The notes under the pieces: generated by a model
The model's database searches: none
The model's input: the letters and a program-made list of their open reading frames with translations, nothing else
What the model was told of the DNA's origin: nothing
In this document: positions 1 to 22,811 of the stretch, one piece after another
How positions within the stretch are numbered: position 1 is the stretch's first letter
How the letters are laid out: each line of letters opens with the position of its first letter
Translations under genes and position numbers: made by a program
Source: Macrostomum lignano
Taxonomy: Eukaryota
Assembly: GCA_002269645.1 (NCBI GenBank)
Contig: NIVC01001982.1
Coordinates: forward strand, 1-64,000
Reading direction: 5' to 3'
Length of the DNA: 64,000 nt

Positions 1-1750
<1,750 letters not shown>

Positions 1751-1769
1751 CCACCCCCTGTTCTTCCAG

Positions 1770-2882
1770 TCAGACGCCGTGATGGGCCAGTCATCCAGCA
1801 GCGACCTTCGCCCAGAGCCGCCGCCCCGCCGCTGGCCTGGTTCCGAGTTCAGCGGCTGAGCAGCAGCAGCCTGCAGGCCGACTGGAGCTGGGCCGCCCCC
1901 GTAGCCTCCAGCCACCTCCTTCTGGTGCCATCCGACGTTTCAACCGACGACAAATCCGAGCCGTCATCTTCCTCGTCTGCAGCCGGTGCACTGTCGCTGA
2001 GGCCGGCTCATCGAGTCCGACTGAGTCCCGCAGCGGAGACCTACTCAGTTGAGGACCTGCAGCCTGACACAGCCTACCGAGTCTGCCTGCAGTTCAGGCC
2101 AGCAGCGGCAGGTGCAGCTGCTCAGTCCAACACAACCAGCTCCAGTCGCCATCAGACGCGCCCAGTGGAGGCCATGCACTGCGTGGACGCGAGCACCAAG
2201 CAGGCGCACATTCCCGCCAGCATCGGCAGCTGTGTCGGCGCTCTGTGCGCCCTGCTACTCGTGCTCACCCTGGTGCTCCTGTCGCGGCGGACGAAACGCT
2301 ATCGAAAAATCAATGAACGACAGACTTCGTCGAAACGAGTAGCGCAGGAAAGCGCGCTTCTGCAGCAGCAGCAGCAACAGCAAGCGGCTGCTGCGGCGGC
2401 TGCTGCGGCGGCTCCTCCTTCATCCCCATCAGCTCAACCGCAGCCTCCACCTCCGCCACCGCCGCCACCTCCCCTGGCGACGCCCAGCCTGTGCGAGCCC
2501 GAATCTCTCCTCGATGCGGAAGCCACGTCCGCTTCGGAGCAGCAGCCAGGAACTCCGCTGAAGCAACCGCAGTGTCAGACCTGCCCAGGAGATGTCCGCC
2601 TCATTAATATCCTCGTGCACCATCAACGGGCGCCAGGTGATCCAAGTGAATGAAACGGACGAATATTATATCGATCTGCGCCATTGCGAGACTCTGTCGC
2701 GTCAGCAGAGCCTGAGAACTGCAGCCACGCTGAGCGACACTGATGGAGCGCAAGAGGTGCAGGACAATTGTGAGGACTCAGATGACGAAAGGAAAGAGGC
2801 TGCAGATGAGGAAGAGTTGGTTGATCATCAGCAAACAGCAACTTCTGCACTGCTGTACACGCAGCTGATTGAGACACTATGA
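1770..2882 (+). CDS. Terminal exon of a single-pass membrane protein (FN3 domain, TM helix, polyQ/A/P cytoplasmic tail); upstream exons lie outside the window; probable frameshift between about 2560 and 2650
   Basis: Acceptor ttcttccag|1770. The frame is open from 1772 (WFRVQRLSSSSLQADWSW...YSVEDLQPDTAYRVCL is FN3-like), followed by hydrophobic VGALCALLLVLTLVLL and basic SRRTKR. This frame stops at 2653; a second frame (2592-2882) gives a protein-like tail ending IETL*. Confidence 0.75.
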
Positions 2883-2994
2883 AATGCTTTATTACTCAGA
2901 GTATGTATCAGGGGTTGGCAGACTCCGGCCCTACTCCGGCCCTCCTATCTGTTCAGCCTTCGGATTCTTTGGAACTTCACAGTCTCTTCTCAGA

Positions 2995-3530
2995 TCTCTT
3001 CTGTCTTGTCTCACATCTCTCTCCCTTTTCTCTCCTGTCTCACATCTTCTCTCTACCCTTTTCTCTGCTGTCTCACATCTTCTCTCTACCCTCTTCTCTC
3101 CTGTCTCACATCTTCTCTCTACCCTCTTCTCTCCTGTCTCACATCTTCTCTCTACCCTCTTCTCTCCTGTCTCACATCTTCTCTCTACCCTCTTCTCTCC
3201 TGTCTCACATCTTCTCTCTACCCTCTTCTCTCCTGTCTCACATCTTCTCTCTACCCTCTTCTCTCCTGTCTCACATCTTCTCTCTACCCTCTTCTCTCCT
3301 GTCTCACATCTTCTCTCTACCCTCTTCTCTCCTGTCTCACATCTTCTCTCTACCCTCTTCTCTCCTGTCTCACATCTTCTCTCTACCCTCTTCTCTCCTG
3401 TCTCACATCTTCTCTCTACCCTCTTCTCTCCTGTCTCACATCTTCTCTCTACCCTCTTCTCTCCTGTCTCACATCTTCTCTCTACCCTCTTCTCTCCTGT
3501 CTCACATCTTCTCTCTACCCTTTTCTCTCT
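2995..3530. repeat. 33-bp TC-rich minisatellite (CCTGTCTCACATCTTCTCTCTACCCTCTTCTCT), about 15 copies, fading into a TC-rich tract to about 3760
   Basis: Directly visible; 11-aa periodicity in all three + frames. Confidence 0.95.
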
Positions 3531-4617
3531 CTCCTCTTCTCTGTTCCCTATTTTCTCTTCCCTCCTCTCACCCTCTTTGATTTTTTTCTTGGCCTCTTAT
3601 CATCTCTTCTCTCTTCCCTAATATTTTCTCCCATCTAACCAATCTCTTATCTCATTTCCCCTCTTATCTCACAAATCTCTTATCTCATCTTCTCCCACGC
3701 CTATACTTTCCTCTCTCTTCTCTTATCTCTATCCCCTCTCCTTTCCTCTCTCCCTGTCTCGCAACCATAAGTTAGATTCTTTATCTGGTCTGTAAAAGAA
3801 GCAAACAAAAAGTTTGCCAACTCCTGATTTTTGCTTAAACTCCAACAACCCAAATTTTCAAATTTTCAAGTTCACAGGAAATCGCTAGATTCCAGACCCT
3901 AAATTTAGATTTTCAGTGTGCCGCAATACTCAAAAATGTTTGAATTGTTAATAAAATTGTTCACTTTCACACGACAATAAAAGCAGAAAAAATTGTCAAT
4001 GGGATTTCAAAGTGGACCAACCAGTGTCCATTGCTTACTAAAGTAAATTTTTATTGCTGAATAAATTGCATGTCTAAAATAAAAGTGCAGTTGGGTTATA
4101 GCGTTTAGCGACGCGAATTTACGAATTGTAATCACTATGACAAGGATGGGCTTTTACAAGATTACTTCGGATAAAAACTTACACAAGAGCAGAACTTTCA
4201 CCAGATCGGAACTTTCATAAGATCGGAACTATTATACATGCTCCAAACTTCAAATAGAAGGGATACTGTTCAACAAAATCGCTAAAATAAATCAGCACAC
4301 TACTTATAGTAGCATTACTTTATAAGCAAGCTTTTCAAAATTAAAAAGAATGAACCAAATTATATAGGATGAAGCCTTAATGTATGACGAGTAGGATGTT
4401 TTCAATGCTTTTAGCGTCTCCAACTACGAGCAATACACAGAAGTAAGGGTTGGAACATTGAAAACATCGAGCAACTGACAACTGTGAAACTGGAAACTGT
4501 TTTTAAACTGCATTAAAATAACATTAGAGTATTGTAGTATGGATTTATCGCGAGGTAAGTGTAGGTAAAATTTTGAAATACACACTTTTTTCGGGAGGGA
4601 GGAAGTCGCCCCAAATC

Positions 4618-5250
4618 ACCAATCAAGAGACAGGGGGCGCCAATCAAGAGACAGGGGGCGCCAATCAAAAGACAAGGGGCGCCAATCAAGAGACAGGGGC
4701 GCCAATCCAGAGACAGGGGACGTCAATCAAGAGACAGGGGCGCCAATCCAGAGACAGGGGGCGCCAATCCAGAGACAGGGGCGCCAATCCAGAGACAGGG
4801 GCGCCAATCCAGAGACAGGGGGCGCCAATCCAGAGACAGGGGGCGCCAATCCAGAGACAGGGGGCGCCAATCCAGAGACAGGGGGCGCCAATCCAGAGAC
4901 AGTGGCGACCACTGAGAGACAGGGGCGACCACTGAGAGACAGGGGCGACCACTGAGAGACAGAAGCGACCACTGAGAGACAGGGGCGACCACTGAGAGAC
5001 AGGGGCGACCACTGAGAGACAGGGGCGACCACTGAGAGACAGGGGCGACCACTGAGAGACAGGGGCGACCACTGAGAGACAGGGGCGACCACTGAGAGAC
5101 AGGGGCGACCACTGAGAGACAGGGGCGACCACTGAGAGACAGGGGCGACCACTGAGAGACAGGGGCGACCACTGAGAGACAGGGGCGACCACTGAGAGAC
5201 AGGGGCGACCACTGAGAGACAGGGGCGACCACTGAGAGACAGGGGGCGAT
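4618..5250. repeat. Two adjoining related 21-22-bp minisatellites (GGGGCGCCAATCCAGAGACAG, then GGGGCGACCACTGAGAGACAG)
   Basis: Directly visible; the unit switches at about 4900. Confidence 0.95.
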
Positions 5251-5361
5251 CACCAAGAGCGCCATCACTGCTTGGAAGTATAGAGCTACATCTGTTTATT
5301 AAAAAACCATTCCAAAGTTGAAACACATATCACGAGCTGTCAATCATTGCTGAGTAACCTT

Positions 5362-8300
5362 TCAAGCAACAGAGAATTTGAGCACATTGGGCACCAGCTC
5401 GTTAGCCGACACCAGAGCTCCAATGCTGCCAACTTGGGCGCCAACCTTCAAGAAGTGGTGGTTGAACCCGGCTCTGTGCAGCCGAAACGAGCGCGCGTTT
5501 TCGAATTCCCGCCGAAACAGCGAGTGACGAAAACAGCTGCCGCCCAAGTAGACGTTATTGACCTGCGCGTCTGAGGCGAATGACAGGATAGTGCTGAACA
5601 GGTTGAAGCAGAACAGGGACACCAGAGACCGGGCCACGTCTTCGCGTTTTGCTGCGGCTGCGGTTGTTTTTGGGGAAAGGGGGTGGAAAAGGAAAAGTAA
5701 GCGGTAATTGTTTTAATTGTAAACTACTGCCTAGTGTGAGAATGAGTAATAATTAATGAGTATTCGACAATTATTTGCAAAGAGTGCAAATCGCGCTTCT
5801 GACTCACTTTTAATCCGCCTGTGATTTCTAAGCTCCCCCTTAATCCACCTGTGATCTTTAATCTGCCCTTTAATCCGCCTCTAAGCTCCACTTTAATCCG
5901 CCGGTGATATTTAATCTCAGCTCCCCTCTAATCCACCTGTGGTCTCTAAGCTCCCCTTTAATCCACCTGTGGTCTCTAAGCTCCCCTTTAATCCACCTGT
6001 GGTCTCTAAGCTCCCCTTTAATCCACATGTGGTCTCTAAGCTCCCCTTTAATCCACATGTGGTCTCTAAGCTCCCCTTTAATCCACATGTGGTCTCTAAG
6101 CTCCCCTTTAATCCACCTGTAGTCTCTAAGCTCCTCTTTAATCCACCTGTGATCTTCAATCTCCCCTTTAATCCACCTGTGATCTTCGATCTCCCCTTTA
6201 ATCCACATGTGATCTTCAATCTCCCCTTTAATCCACCTGTGATCTTCGATCTCCCCTTTAATCCACATGTGATCTTCGATCTCCCCTTTAATCCACCTGT
6301 GATCTTCGATCTCCCCTTTAATCCACATGTGATCTTCAATCTCCCCTTTAATCCACCTGTGATCTTCAAGCGCTACTTGAGTCTCTAATTACAGGTGCTA
6401 CAAACGGAGATTTCAAAGCCAGGTGTTATCCCAGCACCCACCAGCCGTCACGGAGGCGTTGGCGATCTTGCCCAGATGCACCAGCGGGATGTCGCCATCG
6501 TAGGCTCCGAACGGATGCAACGGATCCTCAGCCGTGAGCTCGTCAATCTTCAGGTCCACGTTGTCCCGATCTCCGGCCTCGGCCAGGCGGACAATTTCTT
6601 CGAAATCAGCCGTGCCAAGAAGCAGACTGGCCAGGCCGGCCAGGGTCTTGCAGGAGAAGAAGGACAGCGACAGCCTCACAGCTTCGCCGCTCTCGTTCAC
6701 GATGCACATGCCGACGCTGCTGCCTGCGTTCACCAGCACCGCGGGAACTTGCCGGACCCGCTGGCGGCCGGGTCATTGTCCGCTGCGATTTTGGGAAGGG
6801 AAATTAAGCAAGGCATTATAAAAGGGGAGGGGTTGCATTGTATTTGGAACAATACTGTGTCAGACATTCAGAAATAAGTGTCAAAAATTACTGAAATGAG
6901 TGTCAGACATGCTGAAATAAGTGTCAGACATACTGAAATAAGTGTCAGGCATACTGAAATAAGTGTCAGGCATACTGAAATAAGTGTCAGACATTACTAA
7001 AACAATTGTGTCAGACATGCTGAAATGAGTGTCAGACAAGCTGAAACAAGTGTCAGACATACTGAAATAAGTGTCAGACATACTGAAATAAGCGTCAGGC
7101 ATACTGAAATAAGTGTCAGAAATACAGAAATAAGTGTCAGATATACTGAAATAAGTGTCTGACATACTGAAATAAGTGTCAGACATACTGAAATAAGTGT
7201 CAGATAGACTGAAATGAGTGTCAGACATACTAAAATGAGTGTCAGACATACTGAAATAGGTGTCAGATAGACTGAAATAGGTCTGAAATAGGACATACTG
7301 AAAAGTGTCAGATAGTACTGAAAAGCGTAAGAAATACTGAAATAAGTGTCGGACACAATAAAATAAGTGTCAGACATTCTGAAATAAGTCTCAGACACAA
7401 TAAAATAAGCGTCAGACATTCTGAAATAAGTGTCAGACACAATAAAATAAGTGTCAGACATTCTGAAATAAGTGTCAGATAGACTGAAATGAGTGTCAGA
7501 CATACTAAAATGAGTGTCAGACATGTTGAAACAAGTGTCAGACATACTGAAATAGGTGTCAGACATACTGAAAAGTGTCAGATAGTACTGAAAAGTGCTA
7601 GACCTACTGAAAAGTGTCAGATAGTACTGAAAAGTGCCAGACATTCTGAAATATAAGTGTCAGACACAATAAAATAAGTGCCAGACATTCTGAAATAAGT
7701 GTCAGACACAATAAAATAAGTGCCAGACATTCTGAAATAAGTGTCAGACACAATAAAATAAGCGTCAGACACAATAAAATAAGCGTCAGACATTCTGAAA
7801 TAAGTGTCAGACACAATAAAATAAGCGTCAGACATTCTGAAATAAGTGTCAGACGCAATAAAATAAGCGTCAGACATTCTGAAATAAGTGTCAGACACAA
7901 TAAAATAAGCGTCAGACATTCTTAAATAAGTGTCAGACACAATAAAAATAAGCGTCAGATATTCTGAAATAAGTGTCAGACACAATAAAAATAAGCGTCA
8001 GATATTCTGAAATAAGTGTCAGACACAATAAAAATAAGCGTCAGACACAATAAAAATAAGCGTCAGACATTCTGAAATAAGTGTCAGACTAACCAGCGGC
8101 AGTCTCCAAGTCCACCAAGCGACCAGAGGAGCTCTTGCAGAAGCACGGGTCGGTGGCCTCGTGCTGATAGAACAGATCTGCCGGGTCCAGGTTCTCCACA
8201 GCCCAATAGTAGCCCCGAATCCAGCAGAGCGGCTCCACCACAAACTCGGACGAGGCCCCTAGCAACTGGTTGAACTGCTGCTCGTGCTTGTACCCGACGC

Positions 8301-8565
8301 CCGTCACCTTCACCACGTCGCTACCGTCCCGCTGCAACAGCCGGCACTCCTCCCTGATGATGTCGAGTCCGTCATTGAAGTCGGCATTTTTCATCAACAG
8401 AAAGTGCATGTTATAGGAAGTTGAATCGCGTTCAGTAATGAATAACATTTTGGTTAGCAAGCTGCCGCTATCGATGGCCACCCGAGATGATGTGGCCGGG
8501 TCCAGGGCAGCTTTCGGCACAGGTATGACCAAGCGTTCGACTGTAGACGTTGCACTGGATGCCAT
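5362..8565 (-). CDS. Divergent type II pantothenate-kinase-fold protein, 3 exons: 8565-8094, 6782-6442, 5657-5362; about 369 aa if one missing nucleotide at about 6743-6745 is restored
   Basis: Motifs in PanK order: AIDSGSLLTK (P-loop), TGVG, VEPLCWIRG, FPAVLVNAGSSV, TLAGLASLLLG..FEE...A..GD...VD, KREDVARSL, FL..GAQVGSIGAL. Donors GTTAGT and GTGGGT and CAG acceptors are phase-compatible (1/1). Exons sum to 1109 nt, one short of 370 codons. Confidence 0.85.
5810..6368. repeat. 30-bp minisatellite (TAATCCACCTGTGGTCTCTAAGCTCCCCTT and variants) in PanK-like intron 2
   Basis: Directly visible; 10-aa periodicity in the ORF track. Confidence 0.95.
6858..8089. repeat. About 21-bp minisatellite (GTGTCAGACATACTGAAATAA and variants) filling PanK-like intron 1
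   Basis: Directly visible; runs up to the splice donor at 8093. Confidence 0.95.
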
Positions 8566-9389
8566 GATTTGGATTAGAACGATTTGAAACTGAATCAGCA
8601 GTTTGGGATTCAATCGGCGTGTCCCAGTGTTGGCGAGATTGGGGCAGAAATATATAAAAGGCTGGTGTGGGCATGCAGTGTACAACAACTTGGGGAAGAG
8701 GCGAGGAGAGAGTGCCGGTCGGAACTGCGCAGACCCACTACCCCCCTCTCTCCCTTCTCGTCCACTCCTCGCTTGGCTAAGTGTACATGTAGCTCTATGC
8801 CGATAGACAGGGGACTGACCTAAGGGTACTGAGTCGTCATGTACACTGTAGCCTGATATATCCTGAGCGTACTCTATCTGGGAGAGTGCACTTACAGGAT
8901 TGATAAAGGGTAGAAAGAAGTTTTGTAACGCATAAATGCTGTATTAAAAACGGAACAACTGGACTGTAATATAATGTGTGGATATACACTGTACACCATG
9001 TACTGATACAGACTGTAATTATTACATGTATCTACACTACAAGTACATTGGGAATAGCAGCATGTACGCTAACTTATGAATCCATGGTCCACTTCCAACC
9101 GGTTTACTCGCAGCATCCTATTAGATTTATGATTTATGACATTCAGCTGTATGTTCTTTTCCTCATATCGTAGCAATTACTCGAGCAGCGCATGTACAAA
9201 CTAAGGTCAAAATAATCATAGCTTAAAATTTTATACAACAAAAATCTATAAGTATACAGGCTGTAAGGTTCCGTCGATCCACCTATACTAAATCTCTAAG
9301 ATCTTAATATTAAATGTACTAAAAATCATATAATTGCAATGTGATCGTTAAGCTATTAAAACACTAGTACGAAACATGAAACAATGTTG

Positions 9390-10218
9390 GTGTCTGTCAC
9401 AGTGACAGATGGAGACCACTCTCATATTGACAGATGGGACTGTCACAGTGGCAGATGGAGACCACTCTCATATTGACAGATGGGACTGTCACAGTGGCAG
9501 ATGGAGATCACTCTCACATTGACAGATGAAGGTGACTGTCACAGTGACAGATGGAGTGACTGTCACAGTGACAGATGGAGTGACTGTCACAGTGACAGAT
9601 GGAGTGACTGTCACAGTGACAGATGGAGTGACTGTCACAGTGACAGATGGAGTGACTGTCACAGTGACAGATGGAGGTAAGTGTCAGTGACAGATAGAGG
9701 TGACTGTCACAGTGACAGATGGAAGTGACTGTCACAGTGGCAGATAGGGGTGACTTTCACGTGTGACAGATGGAAGTGACAGATAGAGGTGACTGTCACA
9801 GTGGCAGATGGGGTTGACTGTCACAATGACAGATTGGGTGTAACTGTCACATTTACAGATGGAGGTGACTGACACAGTGACAGATGGAAGTGACTGTCAC
9901 AGTGAAAGATAGAGGTGACCATCACAGTGACAGATAGAGGTGACCATCACAGTGACAGATAGAGGTGACCATCACAGTGACAGATAGAGGTGACCATCAC
10001 AGTGAAAGATAGAGGTGACCATCACAGTGACAGATGGAGGTGACCATCACAGTGACAGATGGAGGTGACCATCACAGTGACAGAGGTGATCGTCACAGTG
10101 ACAAATGGAGGTGACCATCACAGTGACAGAGGTGATCGTCACAGTGACAGATGGAGGTGACCATCACAGTGACAGATGGAGGTGACCATCACAGTGACAG
10201 ATGGAGGTGACTGTCACA
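9390..10218. repeat. 24-bp palindromic minisatellite GTGACTGTCACAGTGACAGATGGA with variants
   Basis: Directly visible; 8-aa period SDCHSDRW. Confidence 0.93.
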
Positions 10219-10823
10219 ATTATAAAATCGTGAATCATACAAGCCCGAAGTCAAGTGAACATATCCATTGAGCCAATTGACGCTAGCATTAGAGACAAAA
10301 ACCGCAAGTCACACCCACTGGTTTATTATTTAAGCAATAATTACATACTGATCAAATGAGTACATAATCGTACTATAAAATTATAACAACGCAATCTGAT
10401 ACTATATTTATTATTAAGTAAGCAAGCGGAAATGAAAATCGAGCACAGTCGGCCGCATATAGTGCTTAGATATGAGTAGTGATCAGTCAGTGTTCGATAG
10501 GGAAAGATAAAAAAAACACGAAATAAAAAATCATATCTGCCTTCATGGTCATGCGACAGACACGAATTTAAATATAAATTTGGCAACATGACAGACAAAA
10601 AAACACACACCACACTACTTAGCAGTTTGTTCGCCAAGAAGTAGTAGCTAACAGAGCAAATGCTTAAATATATTAATCTACTAAGATTTTTATTAAAGCA
10701 TTCTCGTCCTCAGAACGTAGCAAGAAACCTCTGATAGATTCTTCTTCAGGCAATATTCAATATTGGACCTGGTTGCTAAGGGGATGTTTGCGAAAATATA
10801 ACAGCAGAAGAGATAGACTAACA

Positions 10824-19228
<8,405 letters not shown>

Positions 19229-21526
19229 GGACAGTGGAATTAAAATTATGAATGAACCTCTTTTAGTTTTAGGATCAAATAAATCAAGGAAATATTTAAA
19301 AAAATTTGGCTATTTTTCTACTATCAAAAGTCTTTTCTAAGATTTGATATTTTTCTTATATTTATTGTCCTGATTTCAAATATACTAAAAATGGTATGTT
19401 GGTATCTAGTATAATACTAAAATCCTGGGATCTCAGCAAAATGGGAATCACTTTAACCCAAAAAAATACCATTATAACCTTCAATTGTCAATTTAGCCAA
19501 TGAACTGCTAGTAAGTTAAGGCAAATTGCTAAGAAACTGAATACCAAAAATGTAAAAGATAGGAGAGCAAGGAAAAAATAAAATAAAAACAATGAAAAAC
19601 AATGCAAGTTGCAAAAATGGCATGTTGTTTATGTTTAGGACATAAGTTGCATTCTTGGTCAAAATAAGGTCTTACCTATGATTATAAAAATGGTTTTCTA
19701 TTGCTATATTTATATTAATATCTATATACACATTTAGAACTCCCAATTATTTACTTTAGTAAGACCCACCCAGATAGACCCAATTATTGATATGGCTAAT
19801 ATTACTTTTATTAATTGCATATAAATAATTTATAAATGCCAATTGCAATAACTATAATTGCAATTGCAATTGCTTTACAAACTACAATTGCTTTACAGAC
19901 TACAATTGCAATAAATATGTATCATATTTATTATTCCATTTGATAGTTTTTAGTTTAAATTTAGTTTAGTTTAGTTTAAAAGTTTAAATAAATACCTAAA
20001 GATAAGTTTTATCTTTCTTTTCAAATGTTAAAGTAATGTTCAGTGGCTTTGCTTTTAAATGCAATAACATTGTTTTATTGTTAGAAATTAATATGCAATA
20101 TTTTTAAATAAAACAATGCAAGTTTTTAAAACAAATAAAAGCTGCATGCATATAAACCTTTTAGAATTGCTACAGATGTGCATGCAAATGCCAAAGTTTT
20201 TGTCAGTGCACATAGAACCCCACACTTAAATATATTATATAGTATGCCAGAAAGTGACTTCCTACACTATAAAATTCAAGTTTACACTAGAAAAAAATAG
20301 ATCATTTACTTATGATATACATACTAGACATTAATAAAGTCATTGCAACAATAACTAATAAGGGACCTTTTTGCATTGCAATAATAAAGGACCTTTTTGT
20401 ATTACAACAATAAAATACCCAATCTTAATTATGACATTTTAACTATGAGTTAACATAATATTTAGGTAAATGACAAGAGTAACTTCAACTGTATTATAAG
20501 GGCTAAATGCCTTATCAGCTAATTAGTACTACTTTTAAACTTTTTGAATGGGTATTTTTGTAGCTTATCAGGCTGGGCCCCTTGCCAGTCAGCTAGATTG
20601 GCTTGTTTTACATCTAGATAATCAATATAAGGACAAAAGTGGCATAATTATAGTCTAAAGATTCAAATTCCATATATAGCACATTATTTTTTGTGAATAA
20701 AAGAAAAACTATTAGTTGCATTTTGCAAAGGCATCTATAAGACTAAACAAAATAATCTACAAGAAAATGCTAAATGACATATTAGGAATGAAAATCTATT
20801 GAATAGTTCAAAAGTTATGTCATCTATAACTCAGAAAATTAGACCTTTTAAGGAAAAGTGATCACAGTGCCTTATGCACTTGGGCCATACTCTCTTTTAT
20901 TATAGTTATACCAGAAATCTCCAGTGTAATTCTCAAAAAAATTTGCCTTGGCATAAATGCTTGGCATAAGAATTGATTGGCATAAATGGCTAGTGTAAAT
21001 GGCGAGTTGCCACGAAGAATTCATAATAAATTGAACTTTATTTTTTCATTTTAAATTTTGCATGCAAGTGTTGAAATTTGTGCGTTTTCCGTTACCTAGA
21101 ATGAGGTTGCTCCTGTTGTTGGTTTTTGCTTGTTCCCCCTTGTCATGCATTTACTTACCAGACAAGGGACGTGAGCTGTAAATTTTGTTTTCCCATGTGT
21201 TTAATGCTGCCCCGCAATATGCCCTTTTGCGTGATTCTGCCTCCATGTTCATGCCCCACTGGTGTTCCAATGAGTGAAGAGTAATTTTTTTCCCTCTTGT
21301 ATATAGGTGCGATGCCACGAGACTTTTCGGCATGAGTCTTCTTCTCTCACTCTCATTTCTCTCGTTTGTTGCTCATTTACTTGTTTAGCTCAATTTTCTT
21401 GTTTAATTAGCCTTTGCACACCGGCACCTGCAATTAGTATCATCATAGAACATTAACCGCAATGGTAGAGTTGCTTGCTTAATTAAAAGCAAATAAATAA
21501 AGCTTAAGATCAACATTTATGGCGAA

Positions 21527-21566
21527 AACCAACGCGTTTCAACCCACTAGGGCCGTCCTCAGGGTA
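21527..21566 (-). ncRNA. PLE hammerhead ribozyme in the inverted pLTR
   Basis: Minus strand: TACC-CTGAGGA-C-GGCCC-TAGT-GGGTT-GAAAC-GCGTT-GGT; palindromic AACGCGTT stem III as in dimeric PLE hammerheads. Confidence 0.75.
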
Positions 21567-22770
21567 TATTTTATCACTGAACGAAACACTCAATATAAAT
21601 AAGCAAATGATTGTACTATCTCAAGTGTCAAATTGAAAACGGGAGGGTAACCAATGTACAAAAAACATAAAAAACTGGGGGTTGGAGTTAAGCGAGAATA
21701 ATGGGAGAGAGAGAGAGAGAGAGAGAGAAGGCAAACAGATGTAAAAAAAACAAAATGTACATGCAACAAAAAATAATCAAACTCAAAACACCCTAAGAAG
21801 GTGGCCCGCACCACTATGTAGCAACTGCACATTGAGACTGGGATTTTGAGCTTTGATGTGCAGCGCTTCAAGAATGCTAAGCTTGAATTCAGAGTTAGCA
21901 CGGTCGATAATTTTAAACAATCTGGGCTGCGTTTCTGGGCTGCGTTTGATGAGGAGGTGAAAAATTTGACTAGGATTTTCAGTATGAACGGATACCCAAA
22001 AAATCTCATTAGTCGGTTGATTTTCAAGTTTGTCACTGATAAGGTTACTGGCAGACTGCAACAGAATCATGGTAAAAAGCCGGATGACCCCGTGATGATC
22101 TTGCCGTTCTATGGTATCCCGTCTATCTTGTTGAAAAAGAAGCTTGAGAGATCTTTTCGGAAATGGTACAACACTCCGATTAGGATTGTTTTTTGCACTG
22201 CCAAGGTGTGTCAATTTGTCAGCAATCTCAAGTCCCGTGTTCCTCGTGCTCTAGTTGCAGGTGTCGTCTATAAATTTTGTTGTTCTGAAGATCAGAATAT
22301 CTCTTATGTGGGAAAAACCAAAAGACACCTGCACGCCAGAGTTAGGGAGCATTGGCTGAAAAAATCTGCTATCCAGGACCACCTTCTGGAATGCAAGGGC
22401 TGCTGTGACAGAGAACAGATTGAATTGTTTAAAATTATCGACCGTGCTAACTCTGAATTCAAGCTTAGCATTCTTGAAGTGCTGCACATCAAAGCTCAAA
22501 ATCCCAGTCTCAATGTGCAGTTGCTACATAGTGGTGCGGGCCACCTTCTTAGGGTGTTTTGAGTTTGATTATTTTTTGTTGCATGTACATTTTGTTTTTT
22601 TTACATCTGTTTGCCTTCTCTCTCTCTCTTTCCCATTATTCTTGCTTAACTCCAACCCCCAGTTTTTTATGTTTTTCGTACATTGGTTACCCTCCCGTTT
22701 TCAATTTGACACTTGAGATAGTACAATCGTTTGCTTATTTATATTGAGTGTTTCGTTCAGTGATAAAATA

Positions 22771-22811
22771 TACCCTGAGGACGGCCCTAGTGGGTTGAAA
22801 CGCATTGGTTT
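22771..22811 (+). ncRNA. PLE hammerhead ribozyme in the 3' pLTR; stem III carries a G>A change (GAAACGCATT)
   Basis: CTGAGGA at 22775-22781, GAAA at 22797-22800; inverted copy of the 21527-21566 motif. Confidence 0.65.

Noticed and set aside
9390-10218. Functional RAG recombination signal array
   Set aside because: The heptamer has no ACAAAAACC nonamer at 12- or 23-bp spacing.
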